Shown one piece after another: positions 22,708 through 33,978 of a DNA stretch of 37,124 nucleotides; positions within the stretch are counted from its first letter, which is position 1; each line of letters begins with the position of its first letter. Below the pieces are notes generated by a model, which had not been told where the DNA came from, did not search any database, and was given only the letters and a program-made list of their open reading frames with translations. Position numbers and translations under genes: made by a program. The stretch is from Paraglomus brasilianum (lineage: Eukaryota): the NCBI GenBank assembly GCA_910592345.1, contig CAJVPI010000275.1, forward strand, positions 1 through 37,124, read 5' to 3'.

Positions 22708-23682
22708 ATGGATGAACTCACCCAAGCTTGCAGCTTGATGGATAACTTGATAGCGAAGCGTCACTTATTAACAGCTGTCAAGTCAGAGAACTTTGAATTA
22801 TTTCCTAATGACATACTGTCACTCATGCCTGCTGATAAAACTAGCCATGGAAGTAAGACGAGGTGTGTTTGATGTTATTGAAACAGAATTATTCGGTCTA
22901 CATCTAAGTATCTTTCTAGAATTAATACAGATGCTCTAAAAGAGTATGCAGCGAGGGAAAGATTTGAAATGGAAAATCTACAGTCAGAACTGGAGTTTAT
23001 TCAACAGAGTGTAAGATTTCTTGCAATCAAAATTCAGACTGAAGAGCCAAAAACCTAATTTTCGTGCTTCACATACCAAAATAAGTTTGACAACTGTCAG
23101 GATGACAGAGAGATTGACGACAAGTTGCTTGTCGAACTAAGGGAAATATCATCTACTTTAAATCGACATCTGGCCAAATTTGTGGACGTCTATGATAACG
23201 AGCTTGCCATATGGACAAAGAATACTAATGCAGAGAAAATCGAATTTGGTAAGATTCTTTTTGAAGGTCTCTGGCCATTGTGATTTTTCTCTTATATTTT
23301 CTACTTCCCTAGGATTGGGACCAAGAGTGCGAGAAGCTCACATACGCATCTGCCAGTTGCATGAGGTAGATAGTATGTGATCTTGTGGTTTTTCCCTACT
23401 TGACGTATTGAGAATGTGCCAACATGATTTTATGGTTAATAGACTCTCAACAACATGGAAGAAATACGTAAGACACACAATGACATTATGTATGACGCAC
23501 CAGGCTGTTCCCGCAATGTACAGTATTCGGAACAGAATACTGATGAGATGAATTCAAATACCCAGTTAAGCAATGATGCTATTGTTAAGTTGGAGCTCGT
23601 GGACGCAATATTAAGAGATGGTCTTTTGAGGAGAAAACGCGGGGTAGCCAATAAATCCATCAATACAGCCACTTCATTATAA
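22708..23682 (+). CDS. Augmin/HAUS subunit 7-like coiled-coil protein (~226 aa, 5 exons)
   Basis: Exons 22708-22852, 22931-23010, 23086(or 23101)-23248, 23313-23365 and 23443-23682 join in frame. Motifs LMDNLIAKR...SENFELFPND and FVDVYDNELAIWT...GLGPRV...LNNMEEIRKTH resemble plant AUG7 'LIDAIAE...SEECKLFPAD' and 'FNxIYTKEIRPWT...GFGP...LGNLKNLRDSH' (recalled). Confidence 0.7.
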
Positions 23683-24395
23683 GCACGACCATCCCAAACT
23701 TCTGTCTTAAAAGAGATAGTAATTTCCATTTAAATCTCCCTTTGAATAATGAATAGCGAAGAAAGATCTTGTATGAATGACAGCTGCACAAATACATTGA
23801 TATGACACGTTCCATGGAATTTTAAATTGGAAGAGGCAAGACACAATTAAAAGCTTTTAATGTAATACTTTATTGGTATAAAAGATATACTAATATTCTG
23901 CCTTTAGATGGTTATGAGATATCAATATTCTCAGCCTATTATAAGATATATGAGTGAAAAACAGCACCTGTGGCGTACCATTACCAGTACATTTGGTTTG
24001 TTCGTAAAGCATAAACAGTTGAATCAATTCGAAATCGTCGCCGCTGGGGACTCATTAGAGGAACAGTGTAGTTGTCCACACAACCAACGTCTCGCGTTGC
24101 TGTTTTGCTATTCTCGGCTTGTGCGGTCAACACCCAGCATCTATCCAATGACCAGGTTTGCACACACGCAAGAGAAAAAGCAACTGTAATTAACCTGATG
24201 GGGGAAATTTGGTTACATTCTAATTGAGGGGGAAAGCAACAACGTGAATAAAGAGAATCACATATAAATGTATTAGACGTGGAAGAACATTTCACCTCAC
24301 CGTGCAGTCAGCCCATCTTTCGTGTGTTCTTCAATTCCAAACGAGAATAAAAGGAATATTGACAACTGAACTATGTCAGTCAGTCCCGCATAAAT

Positions 24396-27300
24396 TTACC
24401 GTCCCAATAATTTTTTAAAGTCTCGTATACCCGCAACATCAACTTCGCGTGCACGCGCCTTTACCCGCAAATTACGATCGTTAGTAAGCAAGACGACTGT
24501 TGCGATATTATTTAGATCAGAATCATTTCGAGTTTGGCGAGTGCTGCTATTTTGGTTGCTGATATGCCAAAAGCATATTCCTAATATAAGATCATCAAGA
24601 TTCTTCCTTTTATTTTCCCCTTCGCCGAAATCAAACATTTCCTTGAAACTGATGTCGGACACATAGTTGCCCTTGCTTGTTTGGATCTTGAGCTTCCTGG
24701 ATCGTTTTGCCAGTAATGTCTGTTCAATATACGTAATGGCCTCTGCTGAAGCATTGCCAAGCGGTGGCGGATTATGACTTAGTCCATCCAGCTCTGTGAT
24801 AACTATAAAACAAGCGTGCAATAAAGTGTCTTAATTATAAATCAAGTGAAAAATCTGCAAAGCCTTGCCGATATTTACCTACTAGTGGAACTATAACAGT
24901 CCATTTCTCGCACTGTATGATCTCTTTCATCATCTTCAAGTCACCTATGAAACAATTGGTGTCTATTACAAGACTAGTGATATTCGGCCTGATTCGCGAA
25001 GTTGCAGCATTTTTCCTCAAACCCTTCTGGCTACGTAGGCGTGAAGTCACTTTGACTGATGGACTGTTCCTTGTTGCCGCAAGTAGAGCCTCTAACTCCA
25101 GGCGACGTTTCTGTGTCACAAAGACAGCAAGTTAAAATAACATATTTCTAGGATATTCATAACAATCATTGAACACATACTTTTAACTCTCTTATCTCGT
25201 TATTCCCGCCTAGCTCTTCATCCTCATCTTCATCCTCATCTTCATCATCGTATTCGTTTGAATCACCACTTTCTGCTTCAATTTCATTAACATCTTTCTC
25301 AATTGGTATGTTTCCGTTGGATTGGATTTTGTCATCAATCGGATCAATATCAGAGATCACGGACGAACGAAAGGTTGCTTTCTCAGAATCAAATACAAGT
25401 CCGGAAAATAGCTGTGATAAAAATTAAAATGTTTAATCCATTTGATTGAAAAGAAAAAACGACTGACTGTATGATAAACCACATTCTCTTACTTCGCTAA
25501 GAATAACGCCGAGCTCAAGAATTCGGTATCGGCGACCCTTAATGACATCCTGGTTCAACCATGAAGAATATTGCGTCCGTACACTTTCACTTAACAATTG
25601 AGCATCCTGATTTTCGATGCTCCTAATAAGTGACTTCCTATCGTCTTCAGACAATTTTGGCGAGTAAACTCTTTCTAACCACACAATTCCGCGTAATTCC
25701 CAATCCTCAGGTAAGACGGGATTTCTCAACAGAAATTTACTGGCAGAGTTTCTCTCATCCAACAAGTCTGTTACTATCTCCTTAGTTAAAGCAACTTCTT
25801 CGGCAATATGGGTGAGAAATCTGGCAAGCGCAGACCAAAATTCACTTAAAATCGAATTGCCTATCATTGCATCCCATACATTTTTACGAACGTCCTCAGC
25901 GTTTGTTTTGAAGACACCACTGGCAACCATCCAAAGCAACACAATTTCGATGTACAAAATCCAACCCTCCGATGTGGGATTGGGTCCGGAATTTGCATCT
26001 AAGCTAGTATACTTAAGCATAAACTTATACATAAGCTTGAAGGTCAACCTACAAGCCTGAGAAAATGCAAAATCAGCCGCAACCGTTTGCGCATAATTAT
26101 TCCCCATATCATCAAAGGGTCTCAGTGCGTGTTTGAATGATGATGCCTCTTTGCTTCCATAATCATAAAAACTGGATAAATTAATGGTTGCCATTTTCAA
26201 AAACAAATCGCATGATTGACACTCCGCGGGCGTCCCATCGTCATTGTCTGTACACGCACGCAAAAGAAAAGCTTGTTCAATTTCCTCAAAACGCTCAAGT
26301 CCAATTTTCGTAAAAAGCATTCCATGCAGGCGCACAAATAGACCAAGAAAGGTTTGGTGCTCAGCTGGTTCACTTAAGGAGAAAGTTGTGCTACTTGGAC
26401 GAGATCGCATAGATTCACCCTTCGCTTTCGTTGGGCTTGATTCGAGGGAAGTAAAGCGTTTTCTATTGTTCTCGAAAAACAACACGAGCGATTCCCGAGC
26501 AGTGAGAAATGGAATCTTGACCATGAGGCTGAATAGTCGAAATAGGTTATTCGTAGTTCCATTACAACCGAAGTCTTGCAAACTTGAAAATCAACTAAGA
26601 CAAACCTCCGACAATAATAATATAGGATTCTTAGCTCGTTCTTTGGTGCCAGGATAGCTAAATGGTGATAGAACTTACCTGAAAGTGTGCATGTCAGGTA
26701 ATTAACATGTTGAAATCACATTCGTTATAACCAAGCAGATAGGACTGCAACAGTCATTGATAAATACCATTAGTAGGATTGAGCTTAACGCCCATAAGAT
26801 ACCAGCTAGAAGCAATGTCTGCCAAACTATCTCGACTAACTTCTAGATCGTCCACGCTGTAGCTCCAGCGATACCTCGAAATATCACCAAGACAGTCAAC
26901 ACATCTGAACCATCGTGGAGTCTTAAATTTTTCACCTACATTCTCCGAATCTTTATCCATTTGAACGATCATTAGTTTATAAAATTCCTCTGCTTTATCC
27001 AAAAAATCATAGAACTTGGTTAACATGATGGATGAATCTGATGACTGAAATCTCTCCATTTTAATAGCCTGGCGAAACTTCTCTATCAAAGAGTAGAAAC
27101 AAATTTTCCAGCATTTCGTCTCTATTTCATTCTTAATAGCAAGCGAGTGATGCAAATGAATATACTGCGCATACTTTCTTGACAACCTGTAGGAAGTAAA
27201 AAAGAACAATTATTAAACTTTGCTGAAACAATGTATTACGCAGGGTTTGCATACCGTATGCGTAAATCCACTTTCTCTCGCCAGTAAGTTTCATCTTTAA

Positions 27301-27940
27301 GAAACTTTCCATTCTTCAAGTAACTATTGAAATGAAGGTCATCTTCCGCAATTTGAGATTCTAGCTGGTAAATCTCTTCAAGAAGCAACTTGATCGCACT
27401 AGAAGTAGCATCCTGCTTGCTCACATTTTCGCCTTTCAAAACATTGCCCGAGTTTGATAAGCTGCTTGTGCTTCCACCACGAAACTGATAGCAACGAGCA
27501 CGCGCAACGTCTTCGTCAACTAGATTTCTGCTCCTACGCCTAGACGATGATTTCTCCACGGCAGATTTTGATTGCCCACTTGACTCTTCGCGAGTTTGTA
27601 AAACGGCTTGGTGACCAACAATTTTGGTTTCAGACTCAAAGGATCCATGTGACGAGTTGCCAGTCGTTAGATACTTTGACGTAGGAATCACAGGATCACG
27701 TTCTGGATCGAAGAGCCGACGATTATTGGGTTTTGACACAGTATTTCTTTTATAGTCCTCACTATCATCGGACTTTGTCGCCTTGGGTATAGGATCATTG
27801 GTCGGATCAAACAGTTTTCGAGGCGTTCTCGAATAATCCCGACGAGCGTTGTTGAGTTCCCTTGAACTAATACTAGCAGAGTGCCTATGCCGACTCGTCG
27901 ATTTCCCTTGTCCTAACGTACCAACACGCTGATCAGTCAT
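24396..27940 (-). CDS. SMG6: SMG6/EST1-family NMD factor: EST1 (14-3-3-like) domain plus C-terminal PIN endonuclease (multi-exon)
   Basis: CLGDISRY, PTNGKFYHHLA, LYYYCRSL, ARESL, FVRLHGMLFTKI and LPEDWELRG. PIN motifs LVIDTN, VITELDGL, NLDDLIL and LLTNDRNLRVKA keep the catalytic acidic residues. Exons 27940-27255, 27186-26768, 26678-26606, 26528-25493, then three more to the stop at 24396. Confidence 0.88.
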
Positions 27941-28015
27941 TGCAAGTCTTAAGTTAATTAATATCTGATATCTAATGAATTAAATATCATCCATTATCAC
28001 GTGATTATACAAGTA

Positions 28016-28796
28016 CAGTATTAGTATACCGAACTCGTTTACCGAATTTTCATTATTATTAGTTAGGGTTATACCGAAGGAATTCTGGCTCCCCCGTTTT
28101 TTAAATAGTAAAATTCCCTCGTTATAACGAATTTAATAGTAAAATCTTCGTTATACCGTGCCGAAGTTCGATGCAGGATTTTTACATAGACTACTGACTA
28201 CTAATCCGAAGTTTTATCACGTGATAAAAATTGTAGAATAGTGATTGGTTGTAGCAGATGAAGATCATACCGCATTTCGTGCCTACTGTTTTTAATTCCA
28301 GTAATCACGTTTATGATACTCGCCCATCAAACATAAGCAAGGAAATGATGACAGATGACGAAATTGTTTCTTCCTTCTTTCCCGCAGAAGAAGAGGAAGG
28401 TGATGATGAAAGTAGCTCGAAATCTCTCCCGTCTTTAATAAAGATGCAGTAGTCGCACTTGAAATGTCATTCAACTTCCTTCAACAAGGTGACATAGAAA
28501 TAAATTACGATGAATTTAAAGCCTTTCGTGCGTTGAAGAGAAAGGTGGGATTGCAAAGTAAAAACAAACTCTAATAGATTCATCTATTACTGATTAGTAT
28601 AATTATTCTATCATATTCATGTATTATTGTTTGTAAATTGAAGTAAAGATATTATTCACATAAGTCTCGTTATAACGAATATTGCTTGACGCTAGGCCTA
28701 ACTTCGTTATATAGAGGTACCTCACTATACCGGATGTCTCGTTATAACGAATCATGGATGCCTCCCCCGACACTTTGGTATAACGAGGTTCGACTG
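28016..28796 (+). mobile_element. Internally deleted pogo/Tigger-like DNA transposon with transposase C-terminal remnant
   Basis: Clean right end GGTATAACGAGGTTCGACTG|TA (28796). Repeated CGTTATA(A/C)CG subterminal motifs at both ends; degenerate left end TA|CAGT at 28016. Remnant MTDDEIVSS..EEEEGDDE / KDAVVALEMSFNFLQQ / KQTLIDS is typical of pogo/CENP-B-like transposase tails. Confidence 0.7.
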
Positions 28797-29584
28797 TACT
28801 CAGGATTTGTTGCTTCTAGTCAGGATACAAGGTAGTTTCCAGTAAAAAAGTTTAAGAAACGCGAATCAATAGGATGTATGGTATCAAAAAATGGATTTTC
28901 CAAGTCAGCAATTTTATATGCCGAAAATTGTTTTAGCTTCTGAAAAATTATTATTATAATAACTTGCGAAGACGCAAGAGATTTCCTTAGGAAATTTCTT
29001 TAGATAACAAAGAGTTTAAATTAGGTGATTTTATTACTATATCTGGCAAAGGAAAATCCCTTGTTGCTTAATCCACAAATATTGAAGTTCAACCTCCTCT
29101 CTGATGCTCGAATTCCTCTTTCTGAAGACATTTACATTGGAATTTCATGAAATAAAGCAAATATATCAATACCATAATATTTCTTTTTCGAATATTGCCC
29201 GAAAAGACCACAGGAAGTGACAACTGTCGAGTTTTTCCTTTCTCGGGTTGAGAGAGAAATTGTTGGCTTTAAATGTGAGATTTGCATTTCCAGATAGTCT
29301 AGAGTCAACTGTGCTCATACCAATTAAAAACTCAGTTGCAGAATGAAGCTTGTAACATAGTGGATACAGCATTAGTGTCTACATTAGAATCATTGAAAAT
29401 GTTACTTTAAACCCGAAGGGCACATGTCCCCCCGAAGGGTGTTCCATCTAACAGAGTAACTTACAACATAATACTCAACAAAAATACACTTGATTATTTT
29501 ACTGACCTTATTCGTTTTCACAAGTTTCGATTTATCATTATCTTCGTTTTAATACACATCTTCGCCATATTGAAGAGGTGATCG

Positions 29585-31466
29585 TGGCCAGTTTGGTATT
29601 GTCGTGCCGACTACTACGGGAGAGCAGATAATAACCGGCACTTGGTATTTAGCTAGCTAGTCTCGGCAGAGCGTGGTTAGATAAACCTCGGGTTACAGTT
29701 AGTGACCTTGTTCAATCAGAGCTTTTCACTTACTATTACGAAAACCTTACCGTCGTAAATCCTGGATATATTAATTGCGCTCGAGTAACTCTGTCGGTGT
29801 TCTTAGTCTGCCGTTGGGTACAATAGTATTTTAATTATAATAATGCGTATCTACATAAACAATTAACTATCTTACCAGGGAATGCATCATTGACAATTTA
29901 TTTCAGAGTATAAAGAACTACAGTCAACCCTCTTTATAGTCACCCCCTCTATAAGCACATCATATGAAAACCTCTTTATAAGCACACCATGTTTGGGAAC
30001 CAATTACTATTAAACTTATAGGAAAAACCCTCTATATAGTCACACCTCTTTATAAGCACATTTTCAACAAAAGTTGCATTGTCCCCGACAGCGTGACTAT
30101 AGAGAGGGTTGACTGTACTCGTTTATTTACAATAAATGAATCGAAAGTAATTAGAACATTATAAACATGGGCGGACGAACCTTCAATCTAACTGAAATCT
30201 ACGCTACTTTTATATCTTTCGGCGGACTAATTGATCTATTTCTAGCCGCTATTACTATTACAGCGCGATGCTGTATCGCCTTTTCTATTTCCCATTGTAT
30301 CACTCTGCTTGTGTACCCACGATGTCAATTCCGCAGCTGTTACTGGCCGACCGAAATTCAGAGACCGTTTATCAGAAACTATGTGTTTAAAATAATGGGT
30401 AGAATCAAAAAAATGTTAATTCGCATACCTCCAACAACTTCATCTTCAAACCAACTGCAATCAATACCATATCCATCGTCACCTTTTGTTACTTCGTCTG
30501 GTGAGCTCAGCAGCAGTGGCAGCTTCGTACATCTTCTCCTTATAATGTCTCCAAAAATTGCTCACTTCCGCTGATTCTAAAAAAGCCGAAACCTGTAATA
30601 GTAGCCGGGAAAGGTTTCGACTCGGCTGGCGAGCATATGATTCATCTGAATCTGTGGTTGTTTGTATTCTTCTGGGAACAGTCGTTAGACCAAGGACCAT
30701 AGCAAACTTCGTGTTTGCGGCAATGTTTACATGAGACAGTACATCATCATCGTCACAAGTCGAGTTCTCGATACTCAAGAAAGCTAATAAATAATTTCGG
30801 CCCAATGTCCTTCAAAGTTAAGTTTCAAATAAAAGTCAAATTAACAGCCTTAGCAGGATCTTACAAAATCGAAAGTCAATCACTGCTTAGAGAACTACGA
30901 TATAAACGGTGACGTATTCTTTTCTGAACTCCGACGGTGCCACAAAGAATCAATCTTAAGCTATCACATGGAGTTTTGCGTTCTTTATTTGTTAAGCTAT
31001 CACATGGAGCGACGATGTGTCATCATTGTTTATATGAAATATGGTTCAGTGTGTGTGCAGATTTTGATGACGGCAAATCTCCGTTATAGTAAATAATCTT
31101 TATTCGTAACTGCATTATTATTATGATTATTATGAGTAATTAGAAAGACAATGTCATATCATACTGCATATCGTGTGAATAAATCGAGAGACTGTTCCAC
31201 TATTCTTCGATGAATCCAAGCAGAATCTTCTGATCAATCATAGAGAAAGTTCGCTATGCTGTTACTAGAGTACAATCAATATATCCAGGATTAGTGTCAC
31301 TTTACGGCGGGAAGGTTTTCGTAACTGCAAAGCCCTGATTGAACAAGGTAACCCGGGATTTATCTAGAGAAGGAGACGCCACGCTCTGCCGAGACTAGCT
31401 AAATTCCTAGTGCCGATTATATTCTGCTCTCCCGTAGTAGTCGGCACGACAATAGTTACCTGGTCA
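29585..31466. mobile_element. ~1.9-kb segment bounded by ~200-bp inverted repeats (long-TIR element or two opposed copies of a repeat)
   Basis: 29585-29789 aligns with the reverse complement of 31261-31466, including an identical 32-bp block TATTGTCGTGCCGACTACTACGGGAGAGCAGA and a 23-bp block TAGCTAGTCTCGGCAGAGCGTGG. No TSD seen. Confidence 0.7.
29921..30115. mobile_element. 195-bp pogo/Tc1-mariner-type MITE (copy 2)
   Basis: TIRs CAGTCAACCCTCTTTATAGTCAC and GTGACTATAGAGAGGGTTGACTG (1 mismatch), TA flanks at 29919-29920 and 30116-30117. Aligns end to end with 949-1143. Confidence 0.93.
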
Positions 31467-33978
31467 GTCTACACGACTGTTTGAGTTTCATAGTCATTCG
31501 ATAATTCTTCATTCAATTCACATGCACCAGTGTGTTCAATGTGTTGACTCGGACTTGTTTTGTGTAAAAACATGAGAATATCTATAACATGAACGCGGAC
31601 AACGAAACAGACAAAGAATATGAGCAAAAAAGGGGCGGTCCTGTAACCTAAAGCCATCTATCTTTTCCAAAACCTACTGCATGTGTACGAAGTTGAATGG
31701 ATAAGATGATCAGGAACCGTTCTGTGAGCCAATATTCACAGAAACGAAGACTACTTAATTCTAACTTTTCTCAAAGTTTGTTCACATTACTTGTGCTGTC
31801 TCGTAAGCAAGAATATAATGATAGCATTGGCCTTCCGCTCATACAGTGTAAACGTATGATATACATGAGTGAATCCGCAGATTGATTATCTGTAAAACGC
31901 ATGCAGAAAACATCCACGTATGCTGACGTTATCAACAATTAGTGCAGTTTAATCAAATTCTATCATAAAATTATTTTTATGGACACACTGAAGGTACAGA
32001 AAAATTGAATCGGGATATGAAATGGTAAAAATAAGTCGAAAGAATAAATGCGTTCGTTTTAAGAATTACACAAAGTGGTTTGAAAAATGATATGGAAGCG
32101 AGTATGATTAGAAAAACGTACCATGTATCTGTTTTTAACAAACTAGTCTGCGAACTTGAAGAGGTCAGCAAAAAGATTTTTTTTTGAAAATGAATAGCAT
32201 CTTCTAATCGAATTGTTTCTGAATTGGATACACTAATCAAGAAATAGAAGGAGTAATGTTTTGCCAAATGGAGTAAGCTATGTAACGGAGAAATTATTAT
32301 TATCTACGACTGTTGATTGGCCAGCTGCATCCCGTTTTATAGTCTTGACAAACTATTATGGACCTGGTACTCGCGACAGATGAAATCGATTGTGCGAGGT
32401 GAGGTCACAGGGACCATGTCGTAACCAGGTAATGTTGATATTGTTACAGACTTTGTACCTCGCCAAGAGGTCATTCATCGTCCATTACACAGATTTCGGA
32501 GATTTAGTGCATGAAAACGTATTATTCCATGAAACGACCGGCCGGGAACATACGAGTCTAGTTAAATATTGCGACTTCCTGTAAACAGCGTTTGGGTCAG
32601 TTTCACTCTCCACGAGAAACGTTCTTTATTAGATTGTTATTTATTGCATCAGTAAACGGCTAACTAGTAACGTCAGTTCCGATCGTTTGATATTGTAACA
32701 CACAGCCTAATGTGCTTATTTTGACAGTTGATAGCCTGATTATGCAGTTAATATGATTGGTGAGAGGTATTTTTTAATATGCAATTGCAATTATGTGATA
32801 ATCACTTGATCAGATTCTTGATTACCAAAGAGTCTGTGCAAGTTGTAGTTGTTATCTCTTGAATAATTGCGCTCTTGCAGCAGGTAGCAGCCTCAATATT
32901 GGGATCAGGAGATTATCAGTGTTTGATGATCGATGTCCTAAATTTAATCCGAAATTCATAAATCCATTTTTTGCCTGATCTGCGTGATGGCCAGATAAAA
33001 GCGACAAATTCCGTAGTGATCTGACCTTGTGACATATCAGATGATAGAAAACACACTTTAATTGGTATTGTTAAACTTGGATCGTGGAGATAATGTGTCT
33101 CGAGAGGAATAATCAGGCTTATTGTTGTTCCTCATTTTCACATTCACAGTTACAGACCTCATTACGTCATAACAAACTGATAATATTTGTTTGGTTATTG
33201 TATGGTTGTATCACATTTTAATAGATTCCCTCGCAGCACAACACCGTCCGTTTTCCTTGGTTCGCTTTTTTTATAAACTGAATACAAATATGGTAAGATA
33301 TACCAATATAATTGTCGAATATTGCACTACAGCAGGTAAAACGCGCGATATCGTTGATATCAACCAGTTCACCATTCCCATTCAGTGGAACCTTGCGCAA
33401 ATAATACTTTTAATTATGGGAAAGATAGCGACAATCGAATACTTTTGGTAAAGTTGCTACAACAATAATACATGTTTTTATGCTATTCCAGCAACATAAT
33501 CTTTGGTTGTTTGCGTGGTCTTGAACGAATAAAATGTCTAAATATTTGCTATATACTTGCGAAAAGAGCCAACAATCAGAAATAACAACCAATAACCAAA
33601 TTATTGCGTCCAACATTGTGAAAAAATTTGATTGATATCCATTTCCAATACAAGAACGCGGGTCACAAAGGAGCGTCTTTACTTAGAAGTAGCAATAAGG
33701 AGGTTGTAACCTGTAAACAGTAACAGATTATGGTTAATCACTCATCATCCGATTGGTTTTTGTTATCGCTAACACACACGCATCCCGTGCTCCTCTCGTG
33801 TATCCATTCTCGTTAAGAGATATTGTCAAAGCCTCAATGTCTGAGGGAGGAAAGGATATAAACCATGGTAGTCCCCAATGGATACGGCATCTTTAAAGAT
33901 CAAAAGCTGTCTACGATCGTACTTATAAGACATAAGCTTTAACGAGATATTCTGTTACGTTCATTGCATGCACCAAAT

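Noticed and set aside
28800..29500. Possible decayed minus-strand coding sequence
   Set aside because: Multiple stops in all frames and no recognisable family motif.
31470..33960. Short ORFs and weak hairpins upstream of the ATPase
   Set aside because: No motifs, splice-consistent structure or convincing ncRNA signature; treated as intergenic/promoter DNA.
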